DNA from: Dehalococcoidia bacterium
GTDB lineage: Bacteria; Chloroflexota; Dehalococcoidia; Lucifugimonadales; JAGWBF01
DNA length: 64,000 nucleotides
Assembly (NCBI GenBank): GCA_965248975.1
Contig: CBDFKU010000016.1
Location: forward strand, 64,764-128,763
Reading direction: 5' to 3'
Both the position numbers and the translations under genes were made by a program. The first letter of the stretch is position 1; every line of letters begins with the position of its first letter. Positions 26,494 through 34,640 of the stretch are shown here, in pieces. Under the pieces are notes generated by a model. It was not told the origin of the DNA. It did not search any database and was given only the letters and a program-made list of their open reading frames with translations.

Positions 26494-27426
26494 CTAGAAC
26501 ACCGCCAGGGGGTTCACCGGCGAGCCTGTGGCTCCGGGGAACCTCAGGGGCGCCATCACGAACATGAAGTCCCAGCGGTTGAGCCGGCGGCACGTTGCGG
26601 CCAGCTCCTCGCAGTTGGCTGCATCGATCAGCCACAGTCCCATGGCCACGATTCCTACCCGATGTATGGGCAACCCCAGCTTGGGGTATCCGCTGGGGTC
26701 CACGTCGTAGGAAGCGTCGGCGCCGGTTATGGAGACACCCCGCTCGTGGAGCCAGGGTAGAGTAGAGGCATGCAGGCCGGGGCGGTCCGGTACGGCTGGG
26801 GCGCCGACTTGTTGCCGCTTCTTGAACCACCCCAGGCGGACCATCAGCGCGTCCCCCTCCTCCACCCGCACACCCTGGGCCCTCTCGGCCGCCTCCAGGT
26901 CCTCGGGGAAAACCGGCTCGCCGGCCTCCAACCAGTCCTTTCCCTTGAGCTGGGCGATGTCCAGCAGCACCCCTCTGGTAACGACACCGTCGCGCACGTT
27001 GTCGATATCGCAAACCGTGGCGAAATTCTGCGCGTTCACGGCGGAGGCGGGCTTTCCGTTGTACATCTTCCCGTTCCAGAAGACGTGGCAGAGGCTATCT
27101 ACGTGGGTGACGGTGTAGCCATGGAAGGAGACCCCGATGAAGTCCGAGGAGCCGCCACTGCCCTCGCTGGGGGCCGACTCGCCGGTGTTGACCATGTAGT
27201 GCAACGGCGGAATTGGGATCACATCCGACGCGATTTCGGTCAGTATGGGCCTTGAGCAGGTGACGGTGACCCCCTCCTTTACAAGTTGGGTGGCCTGGGC
27301 CCGCTTCTGTGGGGTTATGAGGTTGAGGGTCCCGAGTTGGTCGTCGGGGCCCCAGCGTCCCCAGTTGCTGAGGGAGGTCATGTAGCCTATTACTTCCTCC
27401 TCCGTGGGTACCTGTCGCGTCGCCAT
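26494..27426 (-). CDS. cyclase family protein (kynurenine formamidase-like fold)
   Basis: 310-aa ORF with 'NWGRWGPDDQLGTLNLITP' and 'HGYTVTHVDSLCHVFW', typical of putative cyclase (PF04199-type) proteins. Confidence 0.75.
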   Translation of the reverse strand: MATRQVPTEEEVIGYMTSLSNWGRWGPDDQLGTLNLITPQKRAQATQLVKEGVTVTCSRPILTEIASDVIPIPPLHYMVNTGESAPSEGSGGSSDFIGVSFHGYTVTHVDSLCHVFWNGKMYNGKPASAVNAQNFATVCDIDNVRDGVVTRGVLLDIAQLKGKDWLEAGEPVFPEDLEAAERAQGVRVEEGDALMVRLGWFKKRQQVGAPAVPDRPGLHASTLPWLHERGVSITGADASYDVDPSGYPKLGLPIHRVGIVAMGLWLIDAANCEELAATCRRLNRWDFMFVMAPLRFPGATGSPVNPLAVF

Positions 27427-27444
27427 GGTCGCCTCCTGTTTAGA

Positions 27445-27525
27445 GTTTCCTTCCCCCTCGATGGGGGAAGGCCAGGATGGGGGTGCCCCCCACCTTAATC
27501 CTCCCCCGCAAAGGGGGAGGAGACT
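27445..27525. repeat. double-hairpin intergenic repeat, copy 1
   Basis: CCTTCCCCC-TCGAT-GGGGGAAGG (27449-27471), spacer CCAGGATGGGGGTGCCCCCCACCTTAA, then TCCTCCCCC-GCAAA-GGGGGAGGA (27499-27521). It fills the 113-bp gap between the cyclase start and the epoxide hydrolase stop. By eye ~80% identical to 58755-58838. Confidence 0.8.
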
Positions 27526-27539
27526 TGAGACGGAGTCCC

Positions 27540-28691
27540 TTACCGCAGGTTCCGAAAAAAGCGGCGTATCTCCCCCGCCAACAGCTCCGGCTCCTCCAGG
27601 GAGTTGAAGTGGCCGCCCCGGGGCATCTCCGCGAACTGCTGCAGGTTCTGGGTACGCGCGGCGAACTCCTCGGGTGGGTGGAACAGCTCCCTCGGGAAAA
27701 TAGCCACTGCACAGGGCACTTGGATCTTATCTCCCTCCTCGAGGTACCAGGGAGCCTTGCGGGACTCGTAGTATAGCCGGCAGGAGGAGCCGATGGACTG
27801 GGTCACCCAGTAAACCATCACGTTGGTCAGCAGCTCGTCCTTGGTGAAGCGCTTCTCCACGTCGCCGTCACAGTCGCTCCAGGATCGCCACTTCTCCACG
27901 ATCCAGGCGCACAGGCCAGCGGGGGAGTCGTTGAGGCCGTAGGAGAGGGTCTGGGGCTTGGTCCCCTGGATGTGGTTGTAGCCGCCCTCGGCATCCTGCC
28001 AGGCGTCCCTCTCCTCGTTGTAGGCCACCTCCCTTTCGGACAGCTCCTTTGAACCCGGCCCCACGTAGGGGCGGCCGCCACCCACCAGCGTGGTGTGGAT
28101 GCCCACCACGTGATCCGGATGGTCGAATCCCAGCCGTGCCGTCACGCTGGCGCCCCAGTCTCCGCCCTGGGCAGCGTAGCGCTGATAGCCCAGACCCTCG
28201 GTCATCAGCACGTGCCACAGGTCGGCTATGCGCCAGTACTGCATGCCCGGCTCGTGGGCCGCGTCGGAGAAGCCGAAGCCCGGGCCTGCGGGAGCCACCA
28301 CGTCGAAGGAGTCCGCGGGGTCGCCTCCGTGGCCGGCCGGATCGGTTAGGAGGGGAATTATCTTGGACATCTCCCAGACCGACTTGGGCCAACCGTGGGT
28401 GATGACGATGGGCATCGGATTGGGTCCCTTTCCCCGCTCGTGGATGAAGTGGACACCGAGGCCGTCTACGTTGGCCTTGAACTGGCTGAAGGAGTTCAGG
28501 AACCGCTCCTGGGCCCGCCAATCGTAGCCGGTGCGCCAGTACTCCACCAGCTCCTTGATGTAAGACAGGTTGGAACCGTAGTCCCAGCCGGAGTCGGTGA
28601 TCTCGTCGGGCCAGCGGGTGCGGGCCAGGCGTTCCTGCAGGTCCGCCAGGACCTCGTCGGGGACGTTTACCTTGAAGGGCTGTATATCCAT
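27540..28691 (-). CDS. epoxide hydrolase (microsomal EH-like, N-terminal EHN domain), paralogue 1
   Basis: 'MDIQPFKVNVPDEVLADLQERLARTRWPDE' (EHN domain), oxyanion 'THGWPKS' (H-G-x-P), nucleophile 'AQGGDWGA'. Confidence 0.87.
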   Translation of the reverse strand: MDIQPFKVNVPDEVLADLQERLARTRWPDEITDSGWDYGSNLSYIKELVEYWRTGYDWRAQERFLNSFSQFKANVDGLGVHFIHERGKGPNPMPIVITHGWPKSVWEMSKIIPLLTDPAGHGGDPADSFDVVAPAGPGFGFSDAAHEPGMQYWRIADLWHVLMTEGLGYQRYAAQGGDWGASVTARLGFDHPDHVVGIHTTLVGGGRPYVGPGSKELSEREVAYNEERDAWQDAEGGYNHIQGTKPQTLSYGLNDSPAGLCAWIVEKWRSWSDCDGDVEKRFTKDELLTNVMVYWVTQSIGSSCRLYYESRKAPWYLEEGDKIQVPCAVAIFPRELFHPPEEFAARTQNLQQFAEMPRGGHFNSLEEPELLAGEIRRFFRNLR

Positions 28692-28720
28692 GCTCGTAAC
28701 TTCCTTTCACCTGTGGCTAC

Positions 28721-28765
28721 CCTTCTCCCATCGGGAGAGGAGCCAGGGGTGAGGGCTACCCCCTC
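28721..28765. repeat. related shorter hairpin repeat
   Basis: CC(T)TCTCCC-ATC-GGGAGAGG (28721-28740), then AGCCAGGGGT, then GAGGG-CTACC-CCCTC (28751-28765). The architecture and CCAGG(G/A) spacer match the larger repeat. Its 3' part overlaps the last codons of the next gene. Confidence 0.5.
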
Positions 28766-29898
28766 AAGGGCCGAAAGGCGGCCCGGATGTCCTCGGCCAG
28801 TAGCGCCGGCTCCTCCATTGCGGCAAAGTGGCCTCCCCGGGGCATCTCTGTCCAGCGCTGGATGTTGTGAGCTCTCTCGGCCCACTCCTTGGGCGGCCTG
28901 CTGGTCTCGTTGGGGAAGATGGCCACCGAAGTGGGCACGGTAATCCTCTCGCCCTCCTCCATCACCTTCCGGTTCTCATAGTAGAACCGGACCGATGAGC
29001 CGATGGTCTGGGTCACCCAGTAGATGGTGATGTTGGTAAGCATCTCGTCCTTGGAGAAATGGTCTTCCAGGTTGCCGTTGGGTATGGTCCAGGCCTTGAA
29101 CTTCTCCACGATCCAGGCACATAGGCCGGCGGGAGAGTCGTTGAGGCCGTAGGAGAGAGTCTGAGGTTTAGTCCCCTGGATGTGGCCGTAGCCTCCCTCG
29201 GCGTCCCGCCACCAATCCCGCCACTCCCAGTACTTCTCCTCGGCGTCGGTTATCGGACGCTCCCCCGGCCCGGGACGGGCGGGAGGCCCGCCAGCCATGT
29301 TGAGGTGGACGGCCATCACCTGCTCCGGGTAGGCCGCGCCCAGGCGGGAGGTCACCAACGCGCCCCAGTCTCCGCCCTGAGCCAGGAAGCGGGGATATCC
29401 CAGCCCATCCATCAGCTTCACCCACAGGTCCGCAACGGTCCGGAAGCTCATGCCTGGCTGCGAAGCCCGGTCGGAGAAGCCGTAGCCAGGCAGCGAGGGA
29501 ACCACCACGTCGAAAGAGTCGGCGGGGTCCGCGCCATGGGCCGCGGGATCGGTCAGCATGGGGATGATCTCCAGCATCTCGGAGAAGGAGCCGGGCCAGC
29601 CGTGGGTGACGATCAGCGGGAGCGGATCCGGCCCATGCCCGCGCTCGTGGATGAAGTGGATGCCCAGCCCGTCCACGCTGGCTCGGAAGTGGTGGAAGGC
29701 GTTGATGGCCCGCTCACGGGCCTGCCAGTCGAAAGTGGTGCGCCAGTACTCCGTCAGCTCTTTTACATAACTCATGTTGGCGCCATAATCCCAGCCCGAG
29801 TCGGTGATCTCGTCGGGCCAACGGGTGCGAACCAGGCGCTCCCGCAAGTCGTTGAGGACGTCTTCCGATACCTCTATTTTGAAGGGCTGTACATCCAT
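28756..29898 (-). CDS. epoxide hydrolase (microsomal EH-like), paralogue 2
   Basis: The ORF opens at 29997, but the family N-terminus 'MDVQPFKIEVSEDVLNDLRERLVRTRWPDE' starts at ATG 29898. 'THGWPGS' and 'AQGGDWGA' are present. Confidence 0.87.
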   Translation of the reverse strand: MDVQPFKIEVSEDVLNDLRERLVRTRWPDEITDSGWDYGANMSYVKELTEYWRTTFDWQARERAINAFHHFRASVDGLGIHFIHERGHGPDPLPLIVTHGWPGSFSEMLEIIPMLTDPAAHGADPADSFDVVVPSLPGYGFSDRASQPGMSFRTVADLWVKLMDGLGYPRFLAQGGDWGALVTSRLGAAYPEQVMAVHLNMAGGPPARPGPGERPITDAEEKYWEWRDWWRDAEGGYGHIQGTKPQTLSYGLNDSPAGLCAWIVEKFKAWTIPNGNLEDHFSKDEMLTNITIYWVTQTIGSSVRFYYENRKVMEEGERITVPTSVAIFPNETSRPPKEWAERAHNIQRWTEMPRGGHFAAMEEPALLAEDIRAAFRPLRG

Positions 29899-30010
29899 GC
29901 CGGGCCTCCTGGTGGAGCGTTCCTTCGGCGACGGCAATAGTTTAGCACAGCGAAAACCCGACGGATACCTGCCCCGGAGGCACAGCCAGCTCCCCACGAG
30001 TCCAGGTTCG

Positions 30011-30039
30011 TTGACACCCCTTGGGGTAGCTGATACGAT
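30011..30039 (+). promoter_or_regulatory. putative sigma70-type promoter
   Basis: TTGACA (30011-30016), 17-nt spacer, TACGAT (30034-30039), 27 nt upstream of ATG 30067. AGGAGG at 30055-30060. Confidence 0.4.
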
Positions 30040-30066
30040 TTAGGCAGAAGCCACAGGAGGTAAGGA

Positions 30067-31473
30067 ATGGTCGGCGTCAAGGCCTTCGGAGCTCATATCC
30101 CTCTCTACCGGCTGGGGAAGGAAACGTTGGGATGGGGGTCGTCGGGGGAGAAGGCCGTGGCCAACTTCGACGAGGACAGCGTCACCATGGCGGTGGCCGC
30201 TGGGACGGAATGCCTCAAAGGCCTCGACAGGCAGCAGGTGGACGGGCTCCTGTTCGCCACAACCACGCCTCCCTACGCCGAGAAACAGTGCGCCTCCATA
30301 ATAGCCACGGCCCTGGACCTGCGCCGGGACATCTTCACTGCAGACGTCACGGGAGTGCTGCGGGCCGGCACCACCGCCCTCAAGATGGCCATGGACTCCG
30401 TAAACGCCGGATCGGCGGGCCAGGTCCTCGTCATTGCCTCCGACGCCCGCCTGGCTACGCCGCGAGGCGACATGGAGCGCAACCTGGGGGACGGCGCGGC
30501 CGCGTTGCTGCTGGCCAAAGACGGTGTGGCCGCGGCCATAGAGGGGACCCATTTCATCAGCGAGAACATGCTGGATATGTGGCGCTCCCAGGGCGATCCC
30601 TTCATACGCTCCTGGGAGGACCGCTTCACTACAGAGGAGGGCCTGGAGCGCATCCTCCCCGACGCCGTGGGGGGCTTCATGGAAAAGCATAGCCTGACCC
30701 CCAGCGACGTTACCAAGGTAGCCCTCTACGCTCCCGACGCCCGGCGCCACTCTCAGTTAGGCCGCCGCATGGGGTTCTCCCCCGAACAGATCCAGGACCC
30801 CCTGTTCGGGACGGTAGGCAACACCGGGGCCGCCTACCCTCTGACCCTGCTCATTGGCGCATTGGAAGAGGCCAAGGACGGCGATCTGCTGCTCACCGTA
30901 AGCTATGGCGACGGCAGCGACATCCTGTCCTTCCGGGTAAACTCCGGCATCGAAGCTCTCAAGAACGGGCACGGCATCAAGGAGCAGGTCGAGGCCAAAA
31001 GAGTGCTGCCCAGCTACGAGACTTATGCCCGCTGGCGGGATGTGTGGACCTCGGACGCGGCGGCGAGGCGGCCCGCCCCCGCCGTGCCATCAGTTACCGC
31101 TCTATGGCGGGAGTCGGACCAGATCATTCGCCTGTACGGCGCGAAGTGCGACCAGTGCGGCTACGTCCAGTATCCACCCCAGAGAGTCTGCACCGAGTGC
31201 CAGTCCAAGGACACATCCCAGCCAGTGCGCCTGTCAGACAAGAAGGGAACGGTATTCACCTACTCGATGGACTATCTGGCCGGCACCACGGACAGCCCGC
31301 TGGTGGTCACAGTGGTGAACTTCGACGAGGGCGGCCGAATGCTGTGTATGATGACCGATCGGGAGCTGGACGAGGTACACGTGGGGATGCCGGTGGAGAT
31401 GAGCTTCCGGAAGCTGCGGGTGGTCAACGGGATCCACAACTACTTCTGGAAGTCGGTGCCAGCGCGGGGCTGA
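30067..31473 (+). CDS. HMG-CoA synthase-like (thiolase fold) domain fused to DUF35 Zn-ribbon/OB-fold domain
   Basis: The N-terminus 'MVGVKAFGAHIPLYRL...NFDEDSVTMAVAAG' and 'VSYGDGSD' follow the archaeal-type HMGCS layout. The C-terminus has the Zn-ribbon 'CDQCGYVQYPPQRVCTECQS' and an OB segment typical of DUF35. Expected catalytic positions look substituted (see findings). Confidence 0.75.
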   Translation: MVGVKAFGAHIPLYRLGKETLGWGSSGEKAVANFDEDSVTMAVAAGTECLKGLDRQQVDGLLFATTTPPYAEKQCASIIATALDLRRDIFTADVTGVLRAGTTALKMAMDSVNAGSAGQVLVIASDARLATPRGDMERNLGDGAAALLLAKDGVAAAIEGTHFISENMLDMWRSQGDPFIRSWEDRFTTEEGLERILPDAVGGFMEKHSLTPSDVTKVALYAPDARRHSQLGRRMGFSPEQIQDPLFGTVGNTGAAYPLTLLIGALEEAKDGDLLLTVSYGDGSDILSFRVNSGIEALKNGHGIKEQVEAKRVLPSYETYARWRDVWTSDAAARRPAPAVPSVTALWRESDQIIRLYGAKCDQCGYVQYPPQRVCTECQSKDTSQPVRLSDKKGTVFTYSMDYLAGTTDSPLVVTVVNFDEGGRMLCMMTDRELDEVHVGMPVEMSFRKLRVVNGIHNYFWKSVPARG

Positions 31474-31518
31474 AGGACCCATGCTACACGACGTGCTTGA
31501 CATAACGAGGAGGGTACA

Positions 31519-32691
31519 ATGCAGGGAATAAAGGACCGGGTGGCGATCATCGGGATGGGCTGCACCAAGTTCGGGGAGCGATGGGACGCTGGCGCCGCCG
31601 ACCTCATGGTAGAGGCGGCCTACGAGGCCTACGAGGACGCTGGGGTGGACTCCAAGGACATCCAGGCGGCCTGGCTGGGCACGGTGCAGACCTTCAGGAC
31701 CGGACAGCCCCTGGCCCAAGCCCTCAAGCTGGACTACGTGCCCATCACCCGCGTGGAGAACGCCTGCGCCACCGCCACAGACGCCTTCCGCAACGCCAGC
31801 TACGCGGTAGCGGCGGGCATCTACGACATCGTGCTGGCAGTGGGAGTGGAGAAGCTGAAAGACTCGGGCTTCTCCGGGCTGGCCCTATCCGAAGGCGTGG
31901 GCAGCGAGGTGACCCCTCCTTCTCCCCCACCCTCCCAGTTCGCCATGGCTGCGACCCGCTACTTCCATCACCATGGGATACCCTATGAGGAAGGCAAACG
32001 CGTCCTGGCCCAGATAGCCTCCAAGAACCACCACAACGGCACGCTGAACCCCAAGGCCCACTTCCAGCGGGAAGTCAGCGTGGACCAGATCATGAACGCT
32101 CCGATGATCGCCTGGCCCCTGGGCCTGTACGACTGCTGCGGCGTCAGTGATGGCGCGGCGGCGGCGATCATCACCACGCCGGAGATCGCCAAGAGCTTCC
32201 GGCGGGACTACGTGCTGGTCAAGGGCCTGGGGTTGGCTGTCGGATCCTTCGGCCTGCTCAGGGACGACTGGGACTTCGTCCACTTCCCCGAGAACGTGCG
32301 GGCGGGACAGGCGGCCTACCAGGAGGCTGGAATCGAAAACCCCCGTGAAGAGATCGACATGGCCATCGTCCACGACTGCTTCACCATCACCGAGCTGATC
32401 ATCGCAGAGGACCTGGGCTTCAGCCCCAGGGGCAGGGCTCGGGAGGACGTCGAGAACGGCAGCTTCACCCTGGAGGGAGACCTTCCCATCAACACCGATG
32501 GCGGGCTGAAGTGCTTCGGCCACCCCATCGGGGCCAGCGGCATCCGCATGATCTACGAGGTATACAAGCAGCTCCAGGGGAAGGCAGGTCCCCGCCAACT
32601 CCAGAAGGCCGACCTGGGGCTGACCCACAACCTGGGAGGCCGCCCCGGCTCCTTCACCGCTTCGGTAGCGGTCTTCGGCGCCGCCGAGTAG
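31519..32691 (+). CDS. thiolase (SCP-x/archaeal-type acetyl-CoA acetyltransferase-like)
   Basis: 390-aa ORF with 'RVAIIGMGCTKFGE', nucleophile context 'VENACATATDAF', 'VHDCFT' and 'FGHPIGASGIRM'. Confidence 0.85.
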   Translation: MQGIKDRVAIIGMGCTKFGERWDAGAADLMVEAAYEAYEDAGVDSKDIQAAWLGTVQTFRTGQPLAQALKLDYVPITRVENACATATDAFRNASYAVAAGIYDIVLAVGVEKLKDSGFSGLALSEGVGSEVTPPSPPPSQFAMAATRYFHHHGIPYEEGKRVLAQIASKNHHNGTLNPKAHFQREVSVDQIMNAPMIAWPLGLYDCCGVSDGAAAAIITTPEIAKSFRRDYVLVKGLGLAVGSFGLLRDDWDFVHFPENVRAGQAAYQEAGIENPREEIDMAIVHDCFTITELIIAEDLGFSPRGRAREDVENGSFTLEGDLPINTDGGLKCFGHPIGASGIRMIYEVYKQLQGKAGPRQLQKADLGLTHNLGGRPGSFTASVAVFGAAE

Positions 32692-32709
32692 TGAGGGAGG
32701 ACTACTACC

Positions 32710-32946
32710 GTGGGTGCGCGGTGCTTTCAAGTGTCGCTGGAGTGGGACGCCGAAGATTGTGTTTGGGTTACTTACGTGCCAGTGCTCAACTACCTCTCTA
32801 CCTTCGGAGAGACCCGAGAAGAGGCACTTTCCAATACAGAGGAGGCTGTCATCGGCTACCTGGAGGCTGCAGCTCGGGAGAGGCTGCCCGTTCCCGCCGG
32901 AAACACCGCAGCCGAACTGGTCTCGATTGAGATTATGGTCCCGTGA
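32710..32946 (+). CDS. hicB: type II antitoxin, HicB family
   Basis: 78-aa ORF reading 'FQVSLEWDAEDCVWVTYVPVLNYLSTFGETREEALSNTEEAVIGYLEAA', the HicB/UPF0150 RNase-H-like fold pattern. Its stop overlaps the hicA GTG (GTGA at 32943-32946). Confidence 0.7.
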   Translation: MGARCFQVSLEWDAEDCVWVTYVPVLNYLSTFGETREEALSNTEEAVIGYLEAAARERLPVPAGNTAAELVSIEIMVP

Positions 32947-33177
32947 CACGATTGCCGCGGGTGAGCGGCAGGGACATGCCGCGAGCCTCGCGGCAAGGCG
33001 GGTTTCGCCTATCCCACGTTCGTGGCAGTCATCATTATCTGCGGAAGCCCTGAGCCCCCGGCTTGGTTGTGGGTACCGGTCCACGGCAATCGAAGTCTAC
33101 CGGTCGGTACCATTCGCTCCATTCTGCGGCAGGCTGAGCTGACTCCCGAGGGACTCGTTAGCTTGCCAAGGGTTTGA
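32943..33177 (+). pseudogene. hicA: type II toxin HicA, disrupted by a frameshift
   Basis: From GTG 32943, frame 0 reads 'VTRLPRVSGRDMPRASRQGGFRLSHVRGSHHYLRKP*'. The rest of a HicA, 'VPVHGNRSLPVGTIRSILRQAELTPEGLVSLPRV*', continues in the +1 frame to TGA 33175-33177. The shift lies between ~33036 and 33075, near a C5 run. Confidence 0.65.
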
Positions 33178-33365
33178 GAAGTTCCCTTCAAGGCGTTCAT
33201 GCCGTGTGGTCCGGACAGCGCAGGGTTCGGGGCCATGCAACCGGATCCCTTGAACTAACGTTTCTCCGGTCAACAATGTTATGTCAACGCCCTGGTATGA
33301 TTTCTTTAACATAACATATATTGTGCGAACCAATGGGTCGGGGAGAACCCGGGGACTGACTCACC

Positions 33366-34640
33366 CTATCTTCGGGCCGCGATCGACGGACTCACCACTC
33401 CGAGCTTCTCCAGTAGCTGTCCCGTCTCCTCCAGCAGGTCTTTCAGGTTCCAGCCCAGAGCCGCGGAGACCAGAACGCCAGGATGCTGGGAGAGTATGGG
33501 CAACTCGTCCACGTGTTCCCCATTGTCACGAGGTACCACCAGGTCCATCTTGTTCACCACCATGAGCTTCGGTTTGTCTCCCAGCCCCAGCTCGTCCAGG
33601 GTTTTACCCACCACCTCCGTCTGCTCCGGCGCCTTGGGATGAGTGATGTCGATGACATGGAGGAGAAGGTCGGTTTGCTGAAGCTCTTCCAGGGTCGCCC
33701 TGAAAGCGTCGACCACGGTGGGAGGCAGCTTGTGAATGAACCCCACGGTGTCCGTGAGGAGCACCTGGCCCCCGGCCGGCAGCCAGATGCGCCGGGTCAC
33801 CGGGTCGAGAGTGGAGAAGGGCTGATTCTGGACGGCGACTCCGGCTTCGCTCAGGGCGTTGAACAAGGTGCTTTTGCCAGCGTTGGTGTAGCCGACCAAG
33901 GATACCACCGGGAGCCGGGCCTGCTTGCGCCGGCTCATATAGGACACCCTTCGCTGACTGACCTGCTTGAGCTCGGCCTCCAGCCTCTGGATTCTTTTGC
34001 GGATGAGACGCCGGTCCGTTTCCAGCTGGGTCTCGCCGGGACCCCTGGTGCCTATCCCTCCGCCAAGACGCTCCAGATGGGACCACTGGCCTACCAGCCG
34101 TGGCAGCAGGTACTGATGCTGGGCCAGCTCCACCTGCAACTGGCCCTCGCGGGTCCGGGCATTGCGGGAGAAGATGTCCAGGATCAGGGCCGTCCTGTCG
34201 ATGATTTTAACTTCCAGAACGTTTTCCAGGTTCTTTTGCTGGGTGGGCGTTAGCTCGTCGTCGAAGATGATCAGGCTGCACTGGGTCTCGGCCTGGAGGC
34301 GCTTGAGCTCGTCCAGCTTTCCGGTTCCCAGATAGTGGTTGCTGTACTTCTCCAGACGTTGCCCGACGGTGGAGACCACCTCGGCTCCGGCGGCGCCTGC
34401 CAGGAGCGCCAACTCTTCCAGGGACTCCTCCAGGCTCCACAGAGGGTCCTTGTCTTTGAGGGCAACCCCAACCAGAAGGGCCCTTTCGGCGGATGGACCG
34501 GTCCTTATCTGTGCTTTGGGTATGGGCGGCCTCCTAGCTTCCCTGGGGAGCGGGGATGGTCCAGGACGCCAGCCTCTCGACGCCCGTGTCCACCCGCTCG
34601 TCAGGGGTCGTGAGGGAGAAGCGTATGTATCCCTCGCCAT
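33366..34640 (-). CDS. hflX: GTPase HflX
   Basis: 'ALLVGV...', '[18 protein letters not shown]', '[16 protein letters not shown]', G1 '[16 protein letters not shown]', 'LTDTVGF', 'NKMD'. The only ATG (34640) overlaps dapL by 107 nt, so the true start is probably downstream and non-canonical. Confidence 0.85.
   Translation of the reverse strand: MARDTYASPSRPLTSGWTRASRGWRPGPSPLPREARRPPIPKAQIRTGPSAERALLVGVALKDKDPLWSLEESLEELALLAGAAGAEVVSTVGQRLEKYSNHYLGTGKLDELKRLQAETQCSLIIFDDELTPTQQKNLENVLEVKIIDRTALILDIFSRNARTREGQLQVELAQHQYLLPRLVGQWSHLERLGGGIGTRGPGETQLETDRRLIRKRIQRLEAELKQVSQRRVSYMSRRKQARLPVVSLVGYTNAGKSTLFNALSEAGVAVQNQPFSTLDPVTRRIWLPAGGQVLLTDTVGFIHKLPPTVVDAFRATLEELQQTDLLLHVIDITHPKAPEQTEVVGKTLDELGLGDKPKLMVVNKMDLVVPRDNGEHVDELPILSQHPGVLVSAALGWNLKDLLEETGQLLEKLGVVSPSIAARR

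Noticed and set aside
33277-33316. Inverted repeat TGTTATGT (33277-33284) / ACATAACA (33309-33316) in the AT-richer spacer between hicA and hflX, considered as a tRNA remnant, att site or terminator.
   Set aside because: No cloverleaf can be drawn. The 24-nt loop is too large for a good terminator. No matching direct repeat or integrase exists nearby.
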